A program made the position numbers and the translations under genes. A stretch of 64,000 bases of DNA. Source: Vicugna vicugna (taxonomy: Eukaryota). Within the stretch, counting starts at the first letter, position 1. Every line of letters begins with the position of its first letter. The stretch is taken from contig PNXW01015080.1 of the NCBI GenBank assembly GCA_013265495.1, positions 1 to 64,000 of the forward strand, written 5' to 3'. The notes below the pieces were generated by a model that did no database searches, had not been told where the DNA came from, and saw only the letters and a program-made list of their open reading frames with translations. This document shows, piece after piece, positions 26,640-39,139 of this stretch.

Positions 26640-27230
26640 AAAGTACTAGACAACATCTTACTCTTCAAATTAAATTCTGATTTATTCCATCAATGGATTT
26701 TTATGGATAGTTCATTCCATAAAAATCAGAATTAACTAAAATAATTGACATTTTTGCAATATTCAGCTTCTTATAAAGGAACATCCATTCTTCATCTGAG
26801 TTATTTCTTACATTACAGTAATGTTGCATGATTTTATTACAAGTTTTGCTCGGTTTTAGTAGTTTATAATTTTTGTTTTGTGGGTTTTTTGTTTTGATGT
26901 CTACCTTGTTGCTGCTCTATGACAATGTGATTTTTATTGTGTACATGTCATCACTAAATATTGTTAATTTTACAGTTATCTTTTATGTAGATATTGTCTG
27001 CAAATAATATAATCATTTACAGTATTTCTTATGTGGTATGTTTCGTATCACAGTATTAAGAATTTCCAAAGGGATATCAACACTGATGGTGGTAGGTGGC
27101 TTTTCGGGGGTGATGTATTTGAAGAGAAATTCTCCAGTTTTCCTTGATGGCATGGCTTATCTCTGTTTAGTGTGATCTACTTTATCATGTTTATCAACTT
27201 CTATTTTGAAATGTTTTATTTGGGAAAACT
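26640..27230 (-). mobile_element. Old L1ME ORF2 remnant
   Basis: aattgacatttttgcaatattcagcttc...acatccattcttcatctgagttatttc...tgtagatattgtctgcaaataatat. Confidence 0.55.
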
Positions 27231-27364
27231 AATGGAAAAATTGTTTTGTGATTTTTTTTTTTCAGATAATTGATACAGTAACAAAACCTAATGTAGGCTG
27301 GAGACTGTCTATTTGGCCTTCTTAATTTGTGGTATGTGGCTTTGGGGGTGGTAACTTTCATTAG

Positions 27365-27716
27365 TTTTTTTTTTTTTCTTTAATTGAAGTATAGTTGCTT
27401 TATGATCTGTTCCTGGTACACAGCATAGTGATTCAGTTATTCATACTTTTTCATTATAGGCTATTACAAGATATTGGATATAGTTCCCTGTGCTAAACAG
27501 TAAGACCTTGTTGTTTATTTTATATATAGTTGGTAGTATCTACAAATCCTCAAGTCCTAATTTATCTCTTTCTGTCTTTCCCCTTTGGTAACCATAAGTT
27601 TGTTTTTTATGTCTGTGAGTCTGTTTTGTAAATTCACTTGTGTCATTTTTTTTTTTTTAGATTCCACATGTAAGTGATACCATATGATATTTGTCTTTAT
27701 CAGACTAAATGAAGTA
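27365..27716 (-). mobile_element. Camelid-type L1 3' end running into an assembly gap
   Basis: Poly-T, then ctttaattgaagtatagttgc...gattccacatgtaagtgataccatatgatatttgtct. Confidence 0.9.
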
Positions 27717-27885
27717 NNNNNNNNNNNNNNNNNNNNNNNNNNNNNNNNNNNNNNNNNNNNNNNNNNNNNNNNNNNNNNNNNNNNNNNNNNNNNNNNNNNN
27801 NNNNNNNNNNNNNNNNNNNNNNNNNNNNNNNNNNNNNNNNNNNNNNNNNNNNNNNNNNNNNNNNNNNNNNNNNNNNNNNNNNNNN
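27717..27885. other. Assembly gap (169 N)
   Basis: Run of N. The 5' junction of the preceding L1 is hidden in it. Confidence 1.
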
Positions 27886-27964
27886 CAGTATATCTAAAAA
27901 TTTATTCAACTTGGCCTGAAAACTTTAAGATCTGCTCATTTAGGCACATAACTCCTAAAATGCT

Positions 27965-28335
27965 CTGAGCTCTCCTGCTCTTCCAGGCATTTCCAGTCAG
28001 AGTTCTCTCTGTCTGGTTTGCATACCCTATCACTCCTCCCACACTTCTGCGTCACTCAACATACTTCTTCTCAGGTTCTTCTAAGACTCAGCTAACATAT
28101 CACATTCTCCAGGATGCCTTCTCTGATCCCCAAGACTGGAGACCGCTGTTCTAGTTGTTCCCACAGAACATATCTCTGTCACAGAATATAACACTACATT
28201 TCCTGTGTTTTGACTCTCTTCCACTAGAAAATAAGATCTTGATTAGAGTGACTGTATCCTATTTATAATTGTATCCTTGGCAACCAGCATAATACTTGGT
28301 AATCATAAGCACACAAATGTCTGATTAACAGATAC
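27965..28335 (+). mobile_element. L2 3' end
   Basis: aagactcagctaacatatcacattctccaggatgccttctctgatcccc...ccactagaaaataagatcttg...gtatccttggcaaccagcataatacttgg. Confidence 0.75.
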
Positions 28336-28830
28336 ATTCATTTGTTCATTAATTGAAACAATATTTAGCGCCTACTATGTGCCAGGTGTTTTCTAGGCAT
28401 GGAGAATAAAATTGTAGACAGAAAAAATAGCCTGTCCCTGTGGAGCTTACATTCTAAACGAAGAGATGGAAACACACAAATCCATTGGTCCCTGGGTGTC
28501 TATGAAAGATTGGTTCCAGGAACCCCACAGATAGCAAAATCTGCAGATTCTCAAAACCTTACATAAAATGATATGGCACAGTCAGCCCTCCTTGTCCTTG
28601 GATTCAGAGGGCTGGCTGTGTAGATGTATATGTATTTGTGTAGAACACAGAATAAGATGGTGCCAAGTGTTATACAGGAATGAGTGCTATTTTAGAATGG
28701 TGAGAAAAGAAGGAACTCTAAGGATTAAGACTAGAGAGCTAAATGAGAGAGTAAGTCACTCAAATCAATAGGAAGGCACTTCTGGGTAGAGGAAATAACC
28801 AAACACCAAGGCCCAGAAAAGGGAACCTAC
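28335..28830 (-). mobile_element. L2 3' end, tail-to-tail with the previous copy and interrupted by a Tigger MITE
   Basis: cattcatttgttcattaattgaaacaatatttagcgcctactatgtgccagg...cctgtccctgtggagcttacattcta. Confidence 0.85.
28483..28618. mobile_element. Tigger2/MER2-type MITE nested in L2
   Basis: gattggttccaggaaccccacagatagcaaaatctgcagattctcaaaaccttacataaaatg...cagtcagccctcc...gagggctggctg. Confidence 0.75.
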
Positions 28831-30559
28831 CTTATGCATTCAAGGCAGGCATGCCACTAACATGTTAACTAGTTTGCATGGAATCATTTCACCCTTCTGA
28901 GCCTTATTTTCCCCAGCTAGAAAATCTGAAGTCTTTTAAACTACAAGCAACACTTGCAGCCTAGGCATCCTACTACCTGGATTCACTGCTTCTGCATCCC
29001 CTGCCACCACTCGGCTTGGGGCAGATGGTTGACCAAGGATGCTGGCTTTCTGAGGCACAGAGAGTCACTCTGACTCTTCCACTCATGAATTTAATCCAAA
29101 TGGAGGGGCTCATCTGACACTGATAGATGATACTGAGTGAAGGGTACATATTCTGGCATGTAACAGAATTCATGTTTTCCAAACGGTGCACTGGCCCCAG
29201 ATCAAGATCTAGAAGGCTAACAGTTGGATTTTAGTCCAGCGAAAAGTCCAGGCTCAAGTTCAAATTATATCAAGTAGGACCTCAGTATCCCTAAATCAAA
29301 GATTTTTTTAAGTTCAAGCCTAATAATGTATAATTCTCCCTCCTTATTGAAGACAGCTAATTAAAATGGCCAGAGAATCCTGGTCACCTTATACTACTTA
29401 CTGCTGGCCTATGTCTTTAAAAAAAAAAAAACAAAAAACAAAAAACCCAGAAGCTAAGGGTGGACAGCCAGCACCCAGAAGAGTGCCCAGAATTTTGGAG
29501 AACTGAAATGTCTGCTAAGCGTGTGGATGAGTGAGCGGCCAGTTACCCATTGGGAGAGGGCAGCAGCAGTTAGGAACTTCATGGGTCATTAGTGACCAGA
29601 CTCTGTCTTCCTACAGCACCCACTTCAAGTCTACTGAAAATAAAGCTGTCTGTAATAGTTCTAAAAGTAAATACAAATGCTCTTTGGTAGGGATATAATG
29701 TGTCCTCTATGTAGAGAAAGATACCGGATAACATTAAGAACTCTCTTAATTGCAGTAGTGGCTGTCAGTGCAGAGCCCAGAATGTGCTGTGGAAACGTAG
29801 ACCTACCTGTTCATCCAAACAGACCTATGTGGTAACTTTTCTCATCTCTTAACTTTGGCCTGAGAAGACACACTCTAGTTAGGTGATGCTTCCAGGGTAC
29901 ACCTAGGGCTGGCTGGTTGTGGAGCTAATCCCAGGTGTTTGATTTCTGGGCTCAATTTCTGTAGCTCTTGTGAAGGTAAGCACACCATACGAAGGGTTTT
30001 GAATTTTTTTGAGCCATTGTCTTATAAATGCAAGAAGAATGATTGTTAGCCAGAAAAATTTAGAAATATTTTACACTGATTAAAGAATACTTTTGCATCT
30101 GTGACCATTTTACCAATATGCCATGTGGTTCACTGTCCTCAGACAAACCCAGTAATTGTTACATGTCCTGAAAACCACGCTCGTTGACCATGGGGTAGGG
30201 AGATGAGGTGGACTGTTCATTCCTTTCCCTTTCAACATACCGATTCAGCTGAGAAAAACATGCTCTTTACCAGCACCATCATTTTGAAAAGCCATCTTGC
30301 TAACACCTCAGAAAAGGTGTTAGCAAGGGTATATGCCAGTGCAAGAGACAATAAATCTCAAGCAAGTAAGGGCTATTTCCAAAGCTTTTAAGACAACTTT
30401 GCAAAACACAGAAATGTGGCAGAAGGTGTGTCAGCAGATGACATCCTAGCCGACAGCAGCTGAGGCCCTCTGGACGGAGCTGAAGTTAAATCCCCGCTCT
30501 AACATTTGCTCGTTGCTGGGAAACTGACCCATCCTCGTCCTTATCCTCCCTATAGCTTC

Positions 30560-30640
30560 CTTCCTTGCCTGGGAAGTGGGAATAATAAGAGTCTGCTTCA
30601 CAGGACTGGCATAAGAATGAAATGAGCTAATACATATAAA
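30560..30640 (+). mobile_element. MIR 3' fragment
   Basis: gtgggaataataagagtctgcttcacaggactggcataagaatgaaatgagctaatacatataaag. Confidence 0.65.
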
Positions 30641-30909
30641 GTACAAAAGCCAACTATAACAGACAAATGTCTAGCACTTATTAACTACTGAATTAAAAAT
30701 TATTCCTTAAGAAAAGATTCAGAAGGCTGCCTGCCAAAGCAGGTTTTCAGTGCTTATCAAATATAGGTTGTTTTCAAGCAGACACTTAGACATTTTATTT
30801 AATGAGTTTTTAAATATGCGTTTTAATATTTTAACTTTTCTTAAAAAATTTTTAAAGTTTACTCCTAGAAAGAGATCTCCCTGTATTGAATTTTTCCTAG
30901 GTTTGAGCA

Positions 30910-31070
30910 TTTTTCTCGTCTAATCTTCATGACTCTTGTGAGGAAGAGGTTGTTACCTCCATTTTACAGGCAGGAAAACGTGAACTCAGATGTTGAGGAA
31001 ACTGCCTGTGCAGATCAATGATGCCGCTGGGGTTCCAAACCCAGGTCTGTTTGAGTCCAAAGTTTATGCT
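30910..31070 (-). mobile_element. MIR SINE
   Basis: taatcttcatgactcttgtgagg...ccattttacaggcaggaaaacgtgaactcag...ggttccaaacccaggtctgtttgagtccaaag. Confidence 0.8.
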
Positions 31071-33248
31071 TTGAAACGTAATGTTACCCTAACCCTGTAT
31101 TTTCTCAGAGACCAAGGTTGTGCCAACCACAGTGCTTTTCAGGAAAGTTCAGCTTCCCGGTTGGAGAGGAATTATTGTACGATTATTTCTAGAAGGAAAA
31201 GTCAATAGTTAAGAGGAACACTCAAAAGCATGCAGTTAGACCAGCAAAGGCTTCAATTCAACACAGCTGGCACCCCCAGTGTGCCTTTTTCTTATTTCTT
31301 CTGGCTTCAACCCTAGACAGGGTGGTGTGTAAATAGTTTTAGTAACTGGAAATTAGTCACTTACATTCCAGATAATCTAACTCCAAGTACCTTTAGGAAA
31401 ATATGACAGTGGAAGGAAGCTATCACTGACTGGAAGAACTCCCAGCTTTTCAGTCTATTAATGAGGCTGTAGTTAAAAAGGGTGAAGGAAGTATTTCATA
31501 ACAGAACTCAGATAATCTATATTGCGAAGTTACGCTTCTAGAATTCAGTTATCCTTACTGTAACTGATCTTTTTCCTTTCATTTTGCTGTTTCACTGGGG
31601 AGACAATAAGTTTGCATTCCTTTTGGTTCACAAATCTAGGAAGTACAGATTGAGAGGCAGAGATGGCTAACATGAGTTTCTGGTCTTGTATACAGCCTTC
31701 ATGATAGTCTGCAGCCAGCTGTCAACCACCAATTAACAAAGGGAAATGTGATAATTGAAGCTAAACTTGTCCCTTAATAAAGGAAGGCTTAAAGCACGCA
31801 CCTTCAAGTGTCTGCACTTGCCGACCTGGCTGGGTTGAGACAAGCACCTGGCGTATTAGTCATAGAAAATCGGTTGATATTGGCAAGCCCAGATCCAGGG
31901 TTATGACCTCAACTTGCTCGTTAATGCTCTAGCTTGCTTGAGTAGTGAGGGTGAAGGGAACACGAAGATTTCGTTCCCCATATCTGAAACATATAACAAA
32001 GTCATTATAAATCTAAGACCATCCTGTTAGGAAAACAGGAATTTTTTTTTTAATCCTATTTTGTTTCCATAATTATTTAAAATATTTTTAAACAAAACAG
32101 GAGCTGAAACCAGATGGCTAATCTTAAGGTGAAATAAAAGAGGAACCTGAAAGGTTTCGGAAATGTCACATTACCTTACACACTGGTCATTCGCTAGTGA
32201 TCTTTAAAACTGCCACTCACAGAGTTGTGACTTATTAAATTGAAAGCAAAATGCCTAAAAAGGACACAAAATGTTTTCAATTTTGCAAAAGGAAATGTAT
32301 GCTATTTTTAATGTTTCTGCTTAGATGTGAAGAAAGTCATACTGTGGAGAATTATGCAAGTAATAACAGTTCCTTTGGAGGCCATATGTTTAGACTTACA
32401 AGCAAATATTTTCCCTTTTGTGTCTTGTATTTCAATACAGAATAGCCCAAAGATCTCATGCATATAAAGTCACAGGAGAGCATAGAAGATACATTTTATT
32501 CTAAAAAGAAAACCCAAATGAGGAATGACTACCAAGTTGCAAAGCCTAGAGCTTATGATGGAAAAATACAGATAATCTGAAAGACAGCATATGCTGCTAA
32601 GTGCCAGTATCAAAAAGAAGTCACAGCTGCCATAAGTGTATATTTCCAGATCACAGCAAGGCTGCCATTCAAATTGGACTCTTCAGTTGCGTCTGCATTT
32701 AATGTGAGAGATACTGCAAGATTTAGAGACCTCAGTGAGCAACTTGGTGAGATACCTAATGGGACTTCCTGCTTTTTGATTAGCACTGCCCTCCAGACAG
32801 TTCAGCTTAGTTTCATAGTTACTGGATAGACGACACTTAGCTCCACTGTTCTGCCGACACAGTTTTTAAAATTCATAGGTAGGAATTAGGGTCCAAATCT
32901 CATCCTTGCCCTTTGGGTGGGATTTGGCAGCATTTCTGTTCCCTGCAAATTCATAACGTGGCAGAGCTCTCTCCATGCCTTGGGAGGGTCGCTCTTGGGC
33001 CCACGGTGCAGTGGCGCCATTCTGAGGACTCCTTGAGGTCTCCAGGCCGCAGTGTCTGTTTTGTTCTGCGACTCCACCACTTCGTTTATTCACCACCCAT
33101 CATGTTGCCCATTCTTTACCTCAGCAAAAGCCCCTCCATCTTCTAGTTCATTGTATACAAGGAACCATTTTCTTGAAATATTATCTGTCTGCCAAAAGTC
33201 AATAGCCTCTGTGGTCTCTTAGATGAAATAAAAACTAAGAACTTCCTA

Positions 33249-33363
33249 TGGGGAGGGTATGCTGAGAGGTAAAGCACGCGCCTAGCATGTACAAGGTCCT
33301 GGGTTCTGTCCCCAGTGCCTCCATCAAAATAAATACCTAATTACCCCCTCCAGCATGAGACAG
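33249..33363 (+). mobile_element. Camelid tRNA-derived SINE (Vic-1 type) with a 17-bp TSD
   Basis: ggggagggtatgctgagaggtaaagcacgcgcctagcatgtacaaggtcctgggttctgtccccagtgcctcc. TSD aaactaagaacttccta at 33232-33248 and 33364-33380. Confidence 0.9.
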
Positions 33364-33439
33364 AAACTAAGAACTTCCTAATTATAGACTTCAAAATACC
33401 AGTAACGGTTAAAATACCCTCATCTCTTTGTCAGGGACT

Positions 33440-33610
33440 ATCTGGTGTAACAAAAGGTGTGGGCTTCAGAGTGAGACTTGTGGATCTGAGTCTGTCCATG
33501 GTTAACTGGGTAACCGGGGACAAGTGATTGAACATCAGAGGCTGTTCATTCCTCTTGTAAAATGACGGTAGTAGCAAATCTCAACTGGCTGTGTTAAGGG
33601 TGAAATCATT
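33440..33610 (+). mobile_element. MIR SINE
   Basis: gggcttcagagtgagac...ggacaagtgattgaac...ttcctcttgtaaaatgacgg...ctgtgttaagggtgaaat. Confidence 0.7.
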
Positions 33611-33614
33611 GGTA

Positions 33615-33795
33615 TAGCTAACATTTATTAAGCACTTCTGTGTGTCAGGTGTTCTATGCACTTACATGATTAACTCAATCCACATAACTACCCAGGAAAC
33701 GGGAACTAGTATCTGTTTTACAAATTGGGAAACTGAGGCATAGAGTTGATGAGACAAGAACGGGAGCCCAGGTTTGTCGGCAGAACTGTTAACCC
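33615..33795 (-). mobile_element. MIR SINE
   Basis: atagctaacatttattaagcacttctgtgtgtcagg...ttttacaaattgggaaactgaggcatagag. Confidence 0.85.
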
Positions 33796-34259
33796 TCAGA
33801 GCACCTTGCCTCAGTTACTGAGGACACTAACAAGTCTGTTCGTATGGTGTCAGCCACACAGATGCTCACTGCTTTTTCTCCCTTCCTGTCCCACTTCGAA
33901 CCCACCCTGCATCATGCAGATTGTGAAATGAATTTAGTAACTTGAGGGAAAAGAAAATACTGTTCTAGGAAAAGGTTTACTGAAAATAGAGACTGAGGGT
34001 CCCCTGGATTCAAAGGCTCACCCTAAAGGAAGAGAGTCAGGCAGGCCATTTTGACAGATGACAAGCAGCCTCCTCAGAGGTGAGTCCTCACACATGGTGT
34101 CTGTAACCCAACCCACACGGCCTCTGGTCTGACGCTATGGGCTGAATGTGTCCCCACACCCCTCCCCGCCAGCTGACAGACACCCCACTCCCTCAGCTCA
34201 GTACACAGTGGGCAAGAGGTGGCTTTGCTTTGTGTGGTTCTTGGTTAAATGGGCACCAA

Positions 34260-34620
34260 AGAGAAAGGCACTCCTTTCATCAAACCAGCGGCCAGCATAG
34301 CTTGGGCAGAGCAAACAGATGAAGACTCTGGAGAGCTGCAGAGAACGCGGCCGGGCTTCTGCAGCCGAGGCCCCAAGGTGGCTGCAGTGTGCATGGTGGC
34401 CCCCGCGGGCGGCCCTGGACAGCAGCTGTGAGGCGGGGACACGTGAGGGTTTGCAGGCAACCAGGTCCAACAGGGCCTTTGGAAGCCAACCTCAGAGCAG
34501 GGGAGCCGGCCTTGGCAGACAGAAGAGGTTGGAGCCCAGGAGAACTCCCTGTGCCCCGCCCAGCTCTGCTCAGGCTTCCGGATAAACCGAGTGATGTGAC
34601 CGCGGCGGCTGGAGGTTCTG
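34260..34620. promoter_or_regulatory. GC-rich, CpG-enriched segment (candidate enhancer or weak promoter)
   Basis: 17 CpGs by hand count in 34261-34620. CACGTG E-box at 34440-34445 and GC box ccccgccc at 34554-34561. Confidence 0.45.
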
Positions 34621-35199
34621 CTGTTGTGGGCAGGGCAAATCTCTCTCCAAATTAGAATTAGGGAGTTCTTGAAAATAGCCATGCTGAGGCCCAAGCCTAG
34701 GGGTTAAGGTAACTGGCCTGGGGGAGAGCCCAGACATCACCCGATTGACTCCTCAGAGCTCCCCAGGCGACCTAACCTACAGGAGACGCTGAGAACCACG
34801 GCCTTAGAGGGGCAAAGTCTGGGCAAACACGGCCTCGAGCACTGTATCACGTGGTTGTTGCGGGTCATCGGTGGGTTAACTTCACTGTTGTAAAGTAATT
34901 AGATGTATCTTCTAGAAGAGACCGGGGTCTGCTACAGTGTGGGCTCCGGGGAGCCCGTGTATCTGAGCCTCCATTGTCTAGGCACAGGGAACAGGATGGA
35001 TCAGGCCCGCCCACTCTTGCGCTCAGGAAGTTATCAGGAGGGAAAGACGCAAGAAAATTAAACCATTGTGCATTAGGTAGAATATAAATGCGAAGGATAC
35101 TGCAATGTAGTGTGAGTAGCTGAGTATCCTAAAACACTTTCAAGACGAAATGCCTTCCGATCCTACGAGGGAAGCTGCAGCAGTGGATCATTCTGGCCT

Positions 35200-35640
35200 C
35201 GGAGAACCTCGTATCGGGCTTCTGTGGAGATAAGTGAGGCATTGAGGCTGGAACAGGGGCAACTGTGGGGACCTGAAGGTCGTCAAAGTCAGAAATGACC
35301 CAATAAGAGGTTTTAGCTTCGTGGTGAAGGCAATGGGACACCACCAGTTGGCTTTGAAAATTGAGCTGACACGATCAGATGTGTGTTTCAGGGGAAAATT
35401 CAGTCTGACAGCAGAGAAAGGATGGAGGAGAGGCAGATAGGGAGACCAGTCCGAACGCCATTCCAACAAACCAGGTGGAAAACACTGAGGACGAGCAGAG
35501 CTCCCGGTGCGGGGATGGGGCAGGGGTTCCACTTACTAAGGGGTGGAACTGGGGCTGAGCCGATCCATTCGTAAGGAGGAGAGAAAGAAACAAGAGTTTA
35601 GACTTAAGTTAGGGTGATGTTATGAACTAGGAAAGATGAG
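35200..35640 (-). mobile_element. L2 LINE fragment
   Basis: gaggttttagcttcgtggtgaaggcaatgggacaccaccagttggctttg...acacgatcagatgtgtgtttc...gatagggagaccagt. Confidence 0.7.
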
Positions 35641-35689
35641 AAGGGGTGGAGTTGAAGCGTGAGTAGTCTGAAAACACCTGGAAATGTGA

Positions 35690-37520
35690 TGTGAAATATT
35701 TGGGAAAATAAAAGTGAATCAGTTTCATCAGTCTAGTAAAATAATTATCCATGAAGACTCGGGTCATATTTCTTCAAGAACGGTTTAAGAGACACATTGA
35801 TTAATACAGTGCTTCAACAGGTCAAACTTTTGGAAACTGTGTAACCTTAATATGTGCTAAAAAGGTATTCGTCAAATTCAGTATGGATTCCTGATTTTTT
35901 AAATTAAATCTTGGGAGTCACATTACCACCTTTCTCTCAAAACAAAGTGTTCCTAATGAATGAACAATTGAGATAGTCCCATTAAAATTCAGAACAAAAC
36001 AGTATCACTTTAATATTGCTCTCCATCCAGAAAAGCTCAATTGAGTAGCTGAATTAAACAGCAAATAAGGAGTTCAGGAAATTCAATAGGTAGAAATGAA
36101 ACTTGCCAAAAAAACAACAAAAAAAACATAAACGCTTTCCTGAATAGCAAAAATAATTTTTTTAATGTCATAGAAAATTCCACTGGCAAGTTTAATCACA
36201 AGCTAAAATAGGAAAAAAATATATGTTGGAAAGATCTATATAAAGAAAACAAGTTTTTACTAAGTGATTTAAAGGAAAGCTTAAACAATCGGAGAAACAT
36301 ACCATATGTTTCTGGGAAGCTGGATGTCAGTTCTTCACAAACCCATGTGCATAGTTAATAAAAATCCAGTAGCTGTGGTGGACTTTCTAACACTTAGACA
36401 AGATGCTTAAACCATATAAAGCTCTAAAAAAATAAAAATTTAAAAAATTGAGGCTCAATGAGGAAGGACTTTCCAGGCAAAGGACATAAGAATCAATGAT
36501 TTTAAATACACAAAATTTTGTATGTCAGAGTAATCCTGAGGAAAATTAAAAAGCAAACCGGGAAAAGAACTGTACTGTATGAAATGAGCAAAAGTTAATG
36601 TTTAGAATTAGAACTCAGTAAAACAGAAGAGAGGACAATTCATATGAATTAATATTTAAAAGTTTAACTACTCTGATGAAAAGCACATGAAACAGTAAGA
36701 TTGTTTTATTGATTAGATTAATAATTTAAAGTGATGTTCAGTGCTGAAAAGGACATGATGATATGGGAACTTTCAAACATTTTTGGTGAGCGTAGAAAAC
36801 TAGTAGAACATTCTGGAAAGCTACTTGGCCTAAGGCTAATAGGCTGTTTTGCTTTTTAATTGAAGTATAGTCAGTTACAATATGTCAGTCTCTGGTGTAC
36901 AGCATAATGTCCCAGCCATACATATATATATGTATATTCATTTTCATATTCTTTTTCATTAAAGGTTATTACAAGATATTAAATATAGTTCTCTGTGCTA
37001 TACAGAGGAGATTTGTTTTTTTAATCTACTTTTATATATACTGGTTAATTTTTGCAAATCTCAAACCCCCAGATTTATCCCTTCCCACCCCCTTTCCCCT
37101 CGGTAACCATAAGATTGTTTACTATGTCTGCAAGTCTGTTTCTGTTTTGTATTTGAGTTCATTAGTGTCTTTAAAATTTTTTTTAGATTCCACATATGAG
37201 TGATATCAAATGATATTTTTCTTACCTTTTCTGGCTTACTTCACTTAGAATGACAATCTCTAAGGCCATCCATGTTGCTGCAAATGGCATTACTGTATTC
37301 TTTTCTATGGCTGAGTAGTATTCCATGGTATAAATATACCAGAGACTTACAGGTTGTTTATTCTTCTTAGCAGCTCCTATAATAAATCAGTCCCAGTAAT
37401 TCAAAAATCAGTGCTCATTTACTGAGTGCTATTAATGACAGCACTAAATTGCTGATATTATACCAAGACTGTTTAAATTTTAAGGCTATCTATATTAATA
37501 GGAAAATAAACACAGAACTT
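35690..37520 (+). mobile_element. Old L1ME ORF2 to 3' remnant, interrupted at about 36853-37341 by a camelid L1
   Basis: A-rich degenerate L1 sense sequence: gtgctaaaaaggtattcgtcaaattcagtatggattcctg, gatagtcccattaaaattcagaacaaaac, gatgtcagttcttcacaaa. Confidence 0.65.
36853..37341 (-). mobile_element. Camelid-type L1 3' end nested in L1ME
   Basis: tttttaattgaagtatagtcagttacaatatgtcagtctctggtgtacagc...catccatgttgctgcaaatggcatt...ggctgagtagtattccat. Confidence 0.92.
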
Positions 37521-39139
37521 TATATTACTGTACATTAAACACTGAGAAAGAAGAATGAAGGGGGTGCCTTGAACACAAAATGAGGAAACAGAATCCAGTC
37601 CAAAAGCTTGGGAAAGGTTCTGCGTGGAAAATATGTTTCTATGTATTTATACACATGCTGAATGTTATACAGTGAACAAGTATTACTTTTAATGGCGTTG
37701 CTCTAATGTCAGCAAAAGGTTGGCATACAAAACATTTCACCTCCTTTCCTACTTGTAGCAAACCAAACTACTTTTCTAGGACTGCCCTTCAAATTCTCAT
37801 CCGACTTTTCTTATAAAGCTTTCCTTAAATCACCTTTTACATTTTAAAGGCATGAAGACAGCTAGATCTCACCAGTTTTGTTCTCTGATGTTTAGCATTC
37901 ACATTTGCAAAACCCTGTTTGCTCTGCATGCTGTATAGGTTATAAACTTATGTCTGCTTAGTTTTCTGTCTTGTCTAAACTTTGCATATTATAAGTCACA
38001 TTTTTTGTTAGTAACAGGCTGTAAAAAAACTAACAGCTAGAAAAATCAATGCAGTTCACAGATTCTGAATTAAAGTCTTGCAAGCATTTAAAAATTTCAA
38101 AATAGAGGAGAAAATAACTTTTCAATTTCCCTTTCAATTTCAAGCACTGCATATTGACCTAAGTATTAATCTCTAGATCTGAGTTATTGAAAGATGTTTT
38201 TTGAACATAAAAAAAATTGACTTTCTAAAATTTTTTCTTGTCTTTCTCTAAAAATTGAAAGAATATACACTGGAAACATACTAACTGACAAAAAAGCCAT
38301 CTCAGGCCAATTTATTTCCTTAAGTGAAAGAGCTATGTATTTTTTTTTCTTTTCTAAAAATGGAACAATCTGAGCACAGGCTTATATTTAGCAATGAGAA
38401 CCAGAACCATTTCCAAGGAAAAGTTAGTTTAGACTCCCTTAGTTTCTAGGCCTGAATGCATTTATTTTCAGATCATTTTAATAAAAGCATAGGTTATGAA
38501 TATTCTTCCAACTGCAGTTTGTCCACTTACCATGACCTTTGCTGCAGAGTGTGACTCTTATCATTCCTGTAACTTAATTTCATGTTTGATATCCTCTTTG
38601 ATCCCAAGTTATTCAGAAGAATATTTAATTTTTGTGAGGTTGGAATTTTTAGTTGTCCCAAACTTCTAGTTAAATGGATTTAAGCAAGCAAATAAAGACT
38701 AAATTGTTTCTACTCTAATAATGTGTTGAAATTTCCTTTGAAATCTACTGTATTTAATGCTTTAAACTGTTTCATGGGCACTTAATTTGTACTACTTTTT
38801 AAATATGGTGTATGTGTATCCATAAATATTCAATACTCAAGCTTTTTGAGGGTGATGGACAAATACAAATTTTAGGAGATTTGAGTATTTGTTAAATTTT
38901 GAAAGAACCAGTTAAGATGTCTCAACTGCGACTTAAAATACAAAATAACTTATTTCTAGAAATTTTAACTTTACAGATTCAGTTGCTGTATTGTTTTGCA
39001 TTATAAAAGTTTGACGACAGTTATATTCGGTATCAGTATATTATACCCTCTACCCAGGTGTGATATGAAAAATATTTAACACACAGGACAGCACGATGTT
39101 TGTGCAGAGTCTGAGATTTCACTCTATATGCAAGCTAAC

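Noticed and set aside
33249-33325. tRNA-like sequence
   Set aside because: It is the tRNA-derived head of the Vic-1 SINE with degenerate A and B boxes, not a tRNA gene.
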